A DNA stretch of 64,000 bases from Caloenas nicobarica (Eukaryota): assembly GCF_036013445.1 (NCBI RefSeq), contig NC_088282.1:133631-197630 (forward strand), written 5' to 3'. Position numbers and translations under genes: made by a program. Below the pieces are notes generated by a model. It was given only the letters and a program-made list of their open reading frames with translations, was not told where the DNA came from and did not search any database. Every line of letters begins with the position of its first letter. Position 1 is the stretch's first letter. Shown here in pieces: positions 1-9,779 of this stretch.

Positions 1-192
1 CTGGGCATACTGGTGGTGATGGACACCATGTTGATACTGGGGAAACTGGAGATACTGGTGAGCCTGGAGTTGACGCTGGTGCTGAACGTCCTGATGTTAC
101 TGGGGATACTGGGGATACTGGGGGCGGTGGTGACCCCGATGACATCGCGATGACATCACGATGACGTCACCGCCCCGGCCCCTCCCCCGCAG

Positions 193-256
193 GCCCGACC
201 ACCTCAACAGCCACGTCCGGCAGGTCCATTCCACCGAGAGGCCCTTCAAGTGCGAG
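193..256 (+). CDS. MAZ: MAZ zinc-finger exon (window starts inside the gene). Encodes (R)PDHLNSHVRQVHSTERPFKCE.
   Basis: The translation matches human MAZ SRPDHLNSHVRQVHSTERPFKCEK. Acceptor cag at 190-192, donor GTAC at 257. Confidence 0.8.
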
Positions 257-1185
257 GTACCCACCGCCCCACAGATCTGCCCCATAGATCTGCCCCACGG
301 ATCCCGCCCCACGGGCCCCGCTCGCTGCGTCGCTTCGCGCCCCAAACCGACCCAATTCCGGCCCGTTTTCCCCCAAACCGAGTCCCTTCGCTCTTCCCAC
401 ACCCCATAACCCGCCCCACACGTCCCTGACCCACATATCCCAGCCCCATAGATCCCGACCCCCGTTCTGACCCATAGAACTGACCCAGGGATCCTGTTTG
501 CTGCGTCAACTTCCCACCCCAAATGGACCCAATTTTGACCCGTTTTCCCCCAAACCCGAGTCCCTTTTTGCTTCCTGCACCCCATAACCCGCCCCATAGA
601 TCCCGCCCCACAGCTCCTGTCCATAACGTCCAATTCCTGCCCATTTCCCACTGAAAATGGACCCAATTCTGCCCCATTTTCCCCCAAACCCGAGTCCCTT
701 TTCGCTTCCTGCACCCCATAACCCGCCCCATAGATCCCACCCCATAGATCCTGCCCCACATCAACATCTTTCACACCATTTCCTGCCCCAAACCGACCCA
801 ATTCTGACCCATATTCCCCCAAACCCGCGTCCCCTTTCCCTCCCCGCGCCCCATAACCCGCCCCATAGATCCCACCCCACAGCTCCTGTCCGTGTCGTCA
901 AATTCCCTCCCATTCCCCATTGAAAATGGACCCAAATCCGCTCCGTTTTCCCCCAAACCCGCATCCCCTTTCCCTCCCCACGCCCCCCCACATCCCGCCC
1001 CACACCCAGCCCCATAACCCCCCCGCCGCAACCCCGAAACGCGCCCGTTTCTCCCCAAACCGAGCCCGTTTCTCCCCGAAACGCGCCCGTTTCTCCCCAA
1101 ACCGAGCCCGTTCTCGCTCCCCGCCCCCCCCCCCCAGCGCCCAGCCCCATAACCCAGCCCCATAACCTGCCCCCCCCACCCCAGA
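255..1185. repeat. Tandem array of a C-rich unit of about 130 bp (about 6 copies) in a MAZ intron. Motif CCCCATAACCCGCCCCATAGATCCC.
   Basis: Direct repeats of gacccaattctgccccattttcccccaaacccgagtcc...ccccataacccgccccatagatccc can be seen. Confidence 0.8.
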
Positions 1186-1353
1186 CGTGCGAGGCCGCGT
1201 TCGCCACCAAGGACCGGCTGCGGGCGCACGCCGTGCGGCACGAGGAGAAGGTTCCGTGTCACGTCTGCGGGAAACTGCTCAGCGCCGCCTACATCGGGGA
1301 CCACATGAAGGTGCACGGGGCGCCCGGGCACAGCTGCGAGCTCTGCAGCAAAG
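1185..1353 (+). CDS. MAZ: MAZ C2H2 zinc-finger exon. Encodes TCEAAFATKDRLRAHAVRHEEKVPCHVCGKLLSAAYIGDHMKVHGAPGHSCELCSK.
   Basis: Near-identical to human MAZ KCEAAFATKDRLRAHTVRHEEKVPCHVCGKMLSSAYISDHMKVH. Acceptor ccccag at 1184, donor aaag|gtgtgg at 1354. Exon ends in phase 1. Confidence 0.85.
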
Positions 1354-2275
1354 GTGTGGGGCGGGGTGTGGGGCAGGATCTATGGGGCAGGGGGGCGGGC
1401 GGGGGGTGGGTGCAGGGAGGGAAAAGGGGACGCGGGTTTGGGGGAAAACGGGGCGGAATTGGGGCCGGTTTAGGTGGGAATGGGTGGGAATTTGACGACA
1501 CGGACAGGAGGTGTGGGGCGGGATCTATGGGGCGGGTTGTGGGGTGCGGGGAGGGAAAGGGGACGGGGGTTTGGGGGAAAATGGGGCGGAATTGGGTTGG
1601 ATTTGGGCAGGAAATGGTGTGAAAGAGGTTGATGTGGGGCGGGATCTATGGGGCGGGTTATGGGGTGCGGGGAGGGAAAGGGGACGCGGGTTTGGGGAAA
1701 ATGGGGCGGAATTGGGTCCATTTTAGGTGGGAATGGGTGGGAATTTGACGACACGGACAGGAGGTGTGGGGCGGGATCTATGGGCGGGTTGTGGGGTGCG
1801 GGGAGGGAAAGGGGACGGGGGTTTGGGGGAAAATGGGGCGGAATTGGGTTGGATTGGGGCAGGAAATGGTGTGAAAGAGGTTGATGTGGGGCGGGATCTA
1901 TGGGGCGGGTTATGGGGTGCGGGGAGGGAAAGGGGACGCGGGTTTGGGGGAGAAGGGGGCGGAATTGGGTCCGTTTTAGGTGGAAATGGGTGGGAATTTG
2001 ACGACACGGACAGGAGCTGTGGGGTGGGATGTGGGGCGGGATCTGTGGGGCGGGTTATGGGGTGCGGTTGGGGGGGGAAAAGGGGGCGCGAGTTTGGGGG
2101 AAACCGGGGCGGAATTGGGCCAATTTTCATCGGGAAAGGGGCAGCGATTTGACGTCACAGGCAGGATCCATGGGGCGGGATCTATGGGTTGGGATCTATG
2201 GGGCGGGTTGCGGGCGGGATCTGTGGGGCGCAGATCTATGGGGTGACCCCCCCCTCCCCCCATCCCATCCCACCT
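1354..2275. repeat. Tandem array of a G-rich unit of about 245 bp (about 3.5 copies). It is the reverse complement of the 255-1185 family.
   Basis: gggatctatggggcgggttatggggtgcggggagggaaaggggac... is the reverse complement of the C-rich motif in the preceding intron. Confidence 0.8.
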
Positions 2276-2291
2276 CCTCCCCTCCCCCCAG

Positions 2292-2392
2292 GCGGTTCGT
2301 GCCCCCTGGCGCCCCCCGGCGGCCCCTCCCCCGCGGTGCCCGCGCTGCCCCTGGAGGGGGCGCCGGCGCTCGGCCCCACCCAGCCCTGGTGA
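2292..2392 (+). CDS. MAZ: MAZ terminal coding exon. Encodes ...GGSCPLAPPGGPSPAVPALPLEGAPALGPTQPW and the stop codon.
   Basis: In frame with the previous exon and ends ...QPW-stop, as human MAZ ends SQPW. Acceptor ccccccag at 2291, TGA at 2390-2392. Confidence 0.7.
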
Positions 2393-2760
2393 AGGGGGCG
2401 GGGCCTTGGGGGGGGGTGGGTGGGCGGGGCTTGGAGGGGGCGGGGCCTCACTGGAGGCTCCACCCCCCCCCCCGGTGGGATGGGGGGAGGGGAGGGGGGG
2501 GGGGCGGGGCCTTTTGTACCAATGGGACGAGACGTGACAATAAAACCCGAGAGGCGCCGGCTGAGGCTCCGCCACCGGGGGGAGGGGCTTGGAGGGGGCG
2601 GGGCCTAAAGGGGGTGGGGTTTAAAGGGGCGGGGTCTGGAGGGGGCGGAGTCAAAATGGGGGGGTGGGGTCTAAAGGGGGCGGGGCCTCCAGGGGGCTCT
2701 AAAGGGGGTGGAGTTTAAAGGGGCGGGGCCTAAAGGGGGCGGGGCTTCCTCCAGGCCACG
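2393..2760. repeat. Array of Sp1-type GC-boxes (GGGGCGGGGC, about 12 copies) spanning the MAZ 3' UTR and downstream.
   Basis: Repeated ggggcggggcct / aaagggggtggggtttaaaggggcggggtctggagggggcgg. Confidence 0.7.
2539..2544 (+). terminator. MAZ: AATAAA polyadenylation signal for MAZ.
   Basis: aataaa sits 147 nt downstream of the MAZ stop codon. Confidence 0.5.
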
Positions 2761-3049
2761 CCCACAAGGGGTCGCCATTCCACCCCCCCCAATTCCATGG
2801 AGTTTGACCCCAAAATGTGGGGGGTTTTCCCCAAAATTGTGGGGATTTTGAGCCAAGTTATGGGGCTTTTTGCCCCCCAAATCCTGTTTGATTTTTCCCC
2901 AAATTCCATTGGAGTTTTCCCAAAATTCTCTTGTATTTTTTTTTCCCCATTTTTTCTCCCCAAATCCCCATTTTTTCCCCCCAAATCAGCCTCTCACCCC
3001 CCAAAACCTTCATTTCTATTTTTCTTTTTATTCCCTGGGGGGGGGGTCG

Positions 3050-4100
3050 CTCAGAGGTCAAAGGTCACTTGGGGTTGTCAATCGCCAGCTGGTTGCTCCC
3101 ACGTGGGGTCACGTGGGGTCACTTGAGGTGTCAATCACTGCTTGGAGGTCAAAGGTCACGCGGGGATGTCAATCACCAGCTCGTCGTCCCCATCCAGGGT
3201 CACGTGGGGTCACAGGGGTCACGTGGGGTCGCTCGGGTTGTCAATCAATGGCCGCTCCGGGGTCACGTGGGGTCACAGGGGTCATGTGGGGTCACAGGGG
3301 TCACTCAGCTTGTCAATCAATCATCGCTCCGGGGTCACATGAGGTCACAGGGATCACATGGGGTCACAAAGGTCATGTGGGGTCACTAGGTTGTCAATCA
3401 ATGGCTGCTCCGGGGTCACGTGGGGTCACTAGGTTGTCAATCAATGGCCGCTCCGGGGTCACGTAGGGTCACAGGGGTCATGTGGGGTCACAGGGGTCAC
3501 TTGGCTTGTCAATCAATCATCACTCCGGGGTCACGTGGGGTCACAGGGGTCACTCCGGTTGTCAATCAATGGCCGCTCCGGGGTCACGTGAGGTCACAGG
3601 GGTCAGTCAGGTTGTCAATCAATCATCACTCCGGGGTCACGTGGGGTCACAGGGGTCACTCCGGTTGTCAATCATCACTCCGGGGTCACGTGGGGTCACA
3701 GGAGTCACTCCGGTTGTCAATCAATGGCCGCTCCGGGGTCACGTGAGGTCACAGGGGTCAGTCAGGTTGTCAATCAATCATCACTCCGGGGTCACGTGGG
3801 GTCACAGGGGTCACTCAGGTTGTCAATCAATGGCGGCTCCGGGGTCACGTGGGGTCACAGGGCTCACTCCGGTTGTCAATCATCACTCCGGGGTCACGTG
3901 GGGTCACAGGGCTCACTCCGGTTGTCAATCATCACTCCGGGGTCACGTGGGGTCACAGGGGTCACTCAGGTTGTCAATCAATGGCGGCTCCGGGGTCACG
4001 TGGGGTCACAGGGCTCACTCCGGTTGTCAATCATCACTCCGGGGTCACGTGGGGTCACAGGGGTCACTCCGGTTGTCAATCAGCGGCCGCTCCGGGGTCA
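3050..4100. repeat. Tandem array of a unit of about 55-58 bp (about 18 copies). Each unit has a CACGTG E-box and three GGGTCA half-sites.
   Basis: Unit ggggtcacgtggggtcacaggggtcactccggttgtcaatcaatggccgctcc. It lies between the convergent MAZ and INO80E 3' ends. Confidence 0.85.
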
Positions 4101-4104
4101 GAGG

Positions 4105-4344
4105 TCACTCGGGGATGTCAATCACCAGCTCGTCGTCCCCGTCCAGGGCGTCGTCCCCGCTGCCCTCCCCCCCCTCCCCCTCCCCCTCCCCCCCCCCGTG
4201 GCTCAGGAGCCTCCGGGGGACGGTGCTGGGGACGGGGGGAGGGGCGGGGGGCGGGGCGGGGGGCGGGGCCAGCGCGGGGGGGGGGAGGGGCCCGGCCTGG
4301 CCACGCCCCGGGGGGGGGAAGGGAAACGGGGGGGTGGGGGGGAC
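4105..4344 (-). CDS. INO80E: INO80E terminal exon. Encodes [20 protein letters not shown]...[45 protein letters not shown] and the stop codon.
   Basis: The C-terminus matches human ...[33 protein letters not shown]-stop. Stop codon (reverse complement TGA) at 4105-4107. Acceptor cccccccccag at 4345-4346. Confidence 0.75.
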   Translation of the reverse strand, partial: [79 protein letters not shown]

Positions 4345-4379
4345 CTGGGGGGGGGGGGGAAATAGGGGGGTCGGGGGGG

Positions 4380-4700
4380 GTCACGTGATGCACTGGGACA
4401 CGGCCCCGCCCCCAGCCCCACAAGTGACCCCCCCACCTCCGGACCCACAAGTGACCCGAAGTGACCCCCAAGTGCCCCGTAACTGCCCCCCCAGCCCCAC
4501 AGATTAACACCCCCAGGCCCGCAAGTGCCCCATAAGTGACCCCATGACCCCCCAGCTGCCCCATAAGTGACCTCATGATCCCCCAGCTGCCCCATAAGTG
4601 ATTTCAGCCCCATATATTGACCCCCAAGTGCCCCATAACTGCCCCCGCAACCCCACAAATTAGCCCCCCCAGGCCCCCAGCTGCCCCATAAGTGCCCCCC
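4380..4700. repeat. CCCCATAAGTGACC-type short tandem repeats.
   Basis: ccccataagtgaccccatgaccccccagctgccccataagtga. The same motif family recurs at 5700-6170 and 19400-20300 (there as its reverse complement). Confidence 0.6.
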
Positions 4701-4729
4701 CCCCCCCCCCCCCAGCGCCCCCCACGGAC

Positions 4730-4849
4730 CTGGGGGCGTCGGCTGCTGCGGCTGCGCCGGGCGGGGCCGGGGCGGGGCCGGGGTGGGCGGGGCCCGTCGG
4801 GCGGGGCCAGAATCTCATTGGGGAACGGGCTGAACGGGGGCGTGGCCAC
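4730..4849 (-). CDS. INO80E: INO80E exon 6. Encodes VATPPFSPFPNEILAPPDGPRPPRPRPGPARRSRSSRRPQ.
   Basis: Matches human [34 protein letters not shown]. Acceptor ccccccccag, donor cag|gtccgt. Phase 0 in and out. Confidence 0.6.
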
Positions 4850-4889
4850 CTGGGGGGGGGGGGCGGGGTCAGCTGGGGACACGCCCCCC

Positions 4890-5210
4890 CCCCCCCCGCT
4901 GCGATTGGCTGGAGAGGGTGGGGGGAGCCCAGACCACGCCCCCTCGCTGGGATTGGCTGGAGAGGGTGGGGGAGCTGAGACCACACCCCCTCACTGGGAT
5001 TGGCTGGGGGAAGAGGGGGCGGAGCCGGGGGGGGGGGGGGAGACCACGCCCCCCTCGCTGCCATTGGTTGAGGGTGAAGGGGGTGGAGCCACGCGGGGGG
5101 GGGGCAGACCACGCCCCCTCACTGGGATTGGTTGGGGGTTGGAGGGGGCGGAGTCACAGGGGGACTGGGACACGCCCCCTCGCTGGGATTGGCTGCGGGT
5201 AAAGGGGGCG
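4890..5210. repeat. Tandem repeat of about 62 bp (about 5 copies). Each unit carries gggattggctgg, an inverted CCAAT box.
   Basis: ccacgccccctcgctgggattggctggagagggtgggggagc repeated inside an INO80E intron. Confidence 0.7.
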
Positions 5211-5227
5211 GGGCCGCGGTCACTCAC

Positions 5228-5279
5228 CATATATGGAGCGGGCGGGGCCGGGAAGGCGGGGGGGGAGGGGCTGCGCTTC
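5228..5279 (-). CDS. INO80E: INO80E exon 5. Encodes (R)KRSPSPPAFPAPPAPYM.
   Basis: Matches human KRKRSPPLGGAPSPSS. Acceptor cccccccag, donor atg|gtgagt. Phase 2 in, phase 0 out. Confidence 0.6.
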
Positions 5280-5299
5280 CTGGGGGGGGGAGGAGGCGG

Positions 5300-5600
5300 G
5301 GTCAGGGGGGCGGGGCCAAGGCGGCAGCCATCTTGGAGCCCCGCCCACCTCCCCGGCGGCCATCTTGGCTGCTGGCAGCGGCCATATTGAAGCCTGGCAG
5401 CCATATTGGAGCCCCGCCCACCTCCCTGGCAGCCATATTGGATGCTGGCGGCGGCCATCTTGAAGCCTGGCGGCCATCTTGGAAGCCTTCCCACGACCCT
5501 GGCGGCCATCTTAGAAGCTGGCGGCGGCCATATTGAAGCCTGGCGGCCATCTTGGAGCCCCGCCCACCACCCCGGCGGCCATCTTGGCCCCGCCCCCCAC
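5300..5600. repeat. Tandem array of about 13 consensus YY1 sites (GGCGGCCATCTTGG and GCCATATTGG variants), unit about 20-24 bp.
   Basis: gcggcagccatcttggagccccgcccacctccccggcggccatcttggctgctggcagcggccatattgaagcctggcagccatattggagcc... It lies in INO80E intron 4. Confidence 0.85.
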
Positions 5601-5667
5601 CTCTTGCCGCCGTCGCTGCCTTTGTTCCCGTCCCCGTCGCTGTCGGACGTCGCCGTCGCCTCCGAAT
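5601..5667 (-). CDS. INO80E: INO80E exon 4. Encodes DSEATATSDSDGDGNKGSDGGK(R).
   Basis: Matches human [21 protein letters not shown]. Acceptor ccccag, donor aagag|gtgggg. Phases agree. Confidence 0.65.
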
Positions 5668-5699
5668 CTGGGGCGGGGAGGAGCCGATGGGGACCCATA

Positions 5700-6170
5700 G
5701 CGACCCCCAAGTCCCCCCCCAGCCCCACAAGTGCCTGAAATTGACCCATAATTGCCCCATAACGACTCCCCGGTGCCCCCCAACTTCCCCATGTTGACCC
5801 CTAAGTGCCCCCAAATGACCCATAAATGCCCCAAAGTGACCCATAAATGCCCCACAGCGACCCCCAAGTTCGCCCGCGGCCCCATAACTACCCCACAATG
5901 TCACCCGGCTGCCCCATACTGATCCCTGAACGACCCATAAATGCCCCAAATTGACCTACACCTGCCCCACAGCGACCCCCAAGTTCCCCCCCGCCCCATA
6001 AGTGCCTGAAACTGACCCATAAGTGCCCCATAGAGAGTCCCCAGTGCCCCCCATTGACCGTCAGCCTCCCCACATTGACCCCCAAGTGCCCCCAAATTGA
6101 CCCATAAATGCCCCAAATTGACCCGTAACTGCCCCATAGCGACCCCCAAGTTCCCCCCCAGCCCCATAAG
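5700..6170. repeat. Short tandem repeats of the CCCATAAGTG / CCCATAAATGCCCCAAAGTGAC type.
   Basis: gacccataaatgccccaaagtgacccataaatgccccacagcgacccccaagtt repeated. Confidence 0.6.
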
Positions 6171-6186
6171 TGTCGCTCCCCATTAC

Positions 6187-6239
6187 CCGTCGTCTCCTCG
6201 TCCACGTTCTCATAGAGCAGCAGCCGGTCCAGCAAATAA
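6187..6239 (-). CDS. INO80E: INO80E exon 3. Encodes (S)YLLDRLLLYENVDEETT.
   Basis: Matches human SFLLDRLLQYENVDED. Acceptor ccccag, donor acgg|gtaatg. Confidence 0.75.
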
Positions 6240-7135
6240 CTGGGGGGAGGGGAGCGGCCGTGAGGGACCCAGGCATCCGGGAGGGACCCAGGCGTTCGGG
6301 GGGGACCCAGGCGTCTGGGAGGGACCCAGGAGTTCGGGGAGGGACCCAGGCGTCCGGGAGGGACCCAGGCATCCGGGAGGGACCCAGGCGTCCGGGGGGA
6401 CCCAGGAGTTCGGGAGGGACCCAGGCGTCCGGGAGGGACCCAGGAGTTCGGGGGGAGACCCAGAAGTCCGGGGGGACCCAGGAGTTCAGGAGGGGACCCA
6501 GGAGTTTGGGAGGGGACCCAGGCGTCCGGGAGGGACCCAGGCGTCCAGGGGGACCCAGGAGTTCGGGAGGGACCCAGGCGTCCGGGAGGGACCCAGGAGT
6601 TCGGGGGGAGACCCAGAAGTCCGGGGGGACCCAGGAGTTCAGGAGGGGACCCAGGAGTTTGGGAGGGGACCCAGGCGTCCGGGAGGGACCCAAGAGTTCG
6701 GGGAGGGACCCAGGCGTCCGGGACGGTCCCAGGCGTCCGGGGGGACCCAGGAGTTCGGGAGGGGACCCAGGAGTTCGGGGAGGGACCCAGGCGTCCGGGG
6801 GAGGGACCCAGGAGTGCGGGAGGGACCCAGGAGTGCGGGGAGGGACCCAGGCGTTCGGGGGAGGGACCCAGGAGTGTGGAGGAGGGACCCAGGCGTCCGG
6901 GACGGTCCCAGGCGTCTGGGAGGGGACCCAGGAGTTTGGGAGGGGACCCAAGAGTCCAGGGAGGGACCCAGGAGTGCGGGAGGGACCCAGGAGTGCGGGA
7001 GGGACCCAGGAGTTCGGGGAGGGACCCAGGAGTCCAGGAGGGGACCCAGGCATTCGGGAGGGACCCAGGAGTTCAGGGAGGGACCCAGGAGTCCGGGAGG
7101 GGACCCAGAGGATGGATTTTGGGGCCGTTTTGAGG
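6240..7135. repeat. 20-bp minisatellite GGGACCCAGGCGTCCGGGAG, about 45 copies.
   Basis: A direct tandem array. The same 20-mer family recurs elsewhere in the window in both orientations. Confidence 0.9.
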
Positions 7136-7146
7136 GATTTTGGGAC

Positions 7147-7217
7147 CTTTTGTCGCGCGAAACCTTCAGGAGTTTGCGCTGGGCCCGACGCAGCTCGTCC
7201 TGGAAACATTCCTGCTC
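7147..7217 (-). CDS. INO80E: INO80E exon 2. Encodes [23 protein letters not shown].
   Basis: Matches human [24 protein letters not shown]. Acceptor ttag and donor aaaag|gtccca on the minus strand. Phases agree with the flanking exons. Confidence 0.8.
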
Positions 7218-7299
7218 CTAATCGAGCAAAAACGGGGGATTTGGGGGAAAAACAGGGAAAAACGTAGCTAGAAATACACAGAGACACCCCCAGGAACCC

Positions 7300-9180
7300 C
7301 CAAACCACCAATTTCAGCCCCCAAAAGCCCAATTTTGGTCCAAAACCCCCTAAATTTAAGCCCCTAAAGCCCCAATTTTAGACCCAAAAAATCAATTTCA
7401 GCCCCCAAAACCCCAATTTTGGTCTCCAAAAAATCACAATTTTGGCCCCAAAAAATGCCAGTTTGACTCCCAAAAGACCCAATTTCACCCCCAAAAAGCC
7501 CAATTTCATCCCCCAAATGCCCCACTTACCCCAAATTCCTCCAGAACCCCCAAGTTCCCCCAAATTTACCCCAGAATCCCTCAAATTCACCCCAAATTTC
7601 CCCAAATTCCCCCAATTTACTCCAGAACTCCTAAAATTTACCCCAAATCCCTCCAAATTTACCCCGAATTCCCCCAAATTCTTCCAGAACCCCCCTAATT
7701 TACCCCAGAACCCCCCAAATTCCCCCAGAACCACCAAATTTACCCCAAATTCCCCCAAATTTACCTTAAATTCCCCCTAATTTTACCCCAGAACCCCCAA
7801 ATTCCTCCAGAACCCCCAAATTTACCCCAAATTCCCCCAAATTTACCCCAGAATCCCTCAAATTTACCCCAAATTCATCTCAAATTCCCCCTAATTTACC
7901 CCAGAACCCCCCAAATTCCCCCAGAACCACCAAATTTACCCCAAATTCCCCCAAATTTACCTTAAATTCCCCATAATTTTACCCCAGAACCCCCAAATTC
8001 CTCCAGAACCCCCAAATTTACCCCAAATTCCCCCAAATTTACCCCAGAATCCCTCAAATTTACCCCAAATTCATCTCAAATTCCACCTAATTTACCCCAG
8101 AACCCCCCAAATTCCCCCAGAACCACCAAATTTACCCCAAATTCCCCCAAATTTACCTTAAATTCCCCATAATTTTACCCCAGAACCCCCAAATTCCTCC
8201 AGAACCCCCAAATTTACCCCAAATTCCCCCAAATTTACCCCAGAATCCCTCAAATTTACCCCAAATTCATCTCAAATTCCACCTAATTTACCTCAAATTC
8301 CCCCTAATTTACCCCAGAACCCCGCAAATTCCCCCCAAATTCCCCCAAATTTACCCCAGAACTCCCCAATTTCCCCCCAAATTCTCCAAATTTTTCCCCA
8401 AATTCCTCCAGAACTCCCAAATTTCCCCCACAACCCCCAAATTTCCCCCAGAATCCCTGAAATTAACCCCAGATTTCCCCCAAATTCCCCCCGATTTACC
8501 CCAAATATATCTCAAATTCCCCCCAATTTACCCCAGAACCCCCCAAATTCCCTCGACTTCCTCCAGAACCCCTAAATTTACCCCCAAACCTCCAAATTTA
8601 CCTCAAATCCCCCCACGTTCACCTCAAATTCCCCCTAATTTACCCCAGAACCCCCCAAATTCCCCCCAAATTCCCCCAAATTTACCCCAGAACTCCCCAA
8701 ATTCCCCCCGAATTCTCCAAAATTTCCCCCGAATCCCCCCAATTTACCCCCAAGTCCCCCCAATTTACCCCAATTTCCCCCCAATCTACACCAAATCCCC
8801 CTAATTTAGCTCAAATCCCCCCAAATCTCCCCAATTTCCCCCCCAATTTCCCCCCAATCCCCCCAATTTCCCCCCAATCCCCCCAATCTACCCCAAATCC
8901 CCCCAATTTACCCCCAATTTCCCCCAAATTTCCCCCAAATCCCCCCAATTCACCCCCAATTTCCCCCCAATCTACCCCAAATCCCCCTAATTTACCCCCA
9001 AATCCCCCCAATTTCCCCCAAATCCCCCCAATTTCCCCCCAATTTGCCCCCAGTTTCCCCCAAACCCCCCCCAATCCCCCCAATTTCCCCTAATTTACCT
9101 CAAATCCCCCCAATTTCCCCCAAATTTACCTCAAATCCCCCCAATTTCCCCCAATTTCCCCCCATTCCCCCCCCCCCCCA
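7300..9180. repeat. C-rich short-unit satellite (CCCCAAATTTACCCCAGAA, units 10-20 bp) of about 1.9 kb.
   Basis: aatttaccccaaattcccccaaatttaccccagaa repeated. The bottom strand is G-rich. Confidence 0.85.
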
Positions 9181-9264
9181 GCCCCGTTCGCGCCCGATCC
9201 CGCGCAAGCCCCGCCCCCCCCGCAAGCCCCGCCCCTCCTCCCGGCCCCGCCCCTTCCCGCTCAC

Positions 9265-9348
9265 GTAAAGCAGCAGCTTGAGGCGCCGCTTGAGCGCCCG
9301 GTAGCGCCGCTTGTAGCCGCCGCCATCCTGCTCGGCCGCCCCGTTCAT
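9265..9348 (-). CDS. INO80E: INO80E exon 1. Encodes MNGAAEQDGGGYKRRYRALKRRLKLLLY.
   Basis: Matches human INO80E [27 protein letters not shown]. ATG (reverse complement) at 9346-9348, donor tac|gtgagc. An upstream in-frame ATG at 9403-9405 lies inside a CCAAT box and is probably not used. Confidence 0.75.
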
Positions 9349-9720
9349 GGCCGCCGCTTCCGCCTCCTTCCCGGAAGCGCGCACCGCCTCCCCCTCGCTT
9401 CCCATTGGCTGGGCGGCGCCGCTCGCCCCGCCCTCTCGCTCCTCATTGGTGCGCCGCGCTGTCTCTCTCCCTGCCCCGGGTTCGCCCCGCCCTCTCGCTC
9501 CCCATTGGCTGGGCGGCGCCGCTCACCCCGCCCTCTCGCTCCTCATTGGTGCGCCGCGCTGTCTCTCTCCCTGCCCCGGGTTCGCCCCGCCCCCTCGCTC
9601 CCCATTGGCTCGCCCGCCTCCTCACGCCCCATTGACCCCTTGGTTCGCCCCGCCCCCTCCCTTCCCATTGACACAAGCGGTTCGCCCCGCCCTCTCGCTC
9701 CCCATTGGCCGCGGCGGGGG
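9349..9720. promoter_or_regulatory. INO80E: INO80E promoter carrying a tandem array of NF-Y sites.
   Basis: Sits immediately upstream of the INO80E ATG on the minus strand. Units of about 60-120 bp each carry CCATTGGCT or TCATTGGTG (ATTGG is the reverse complement of CCAAT), at least six copies. Confidence 0.55.
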
Positions 9721-9779
9721 CGGCGGGGGAACGCGATTGGCTGGCGCCGCCGCGAAGCCCCGCCCACCGCGCCATTCAG

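Noticed and set aside
9403-9405. Upstream in-frame ATG that would extend INO80E by MGSEGEAVRASGKEAEAAA.
   Set aside because: The ATG lies inside a CCAAT box of the promoter repeat. Homology with human INO80E starts at the downstream MNG. It is therefore probably 5' UTR or promoter.
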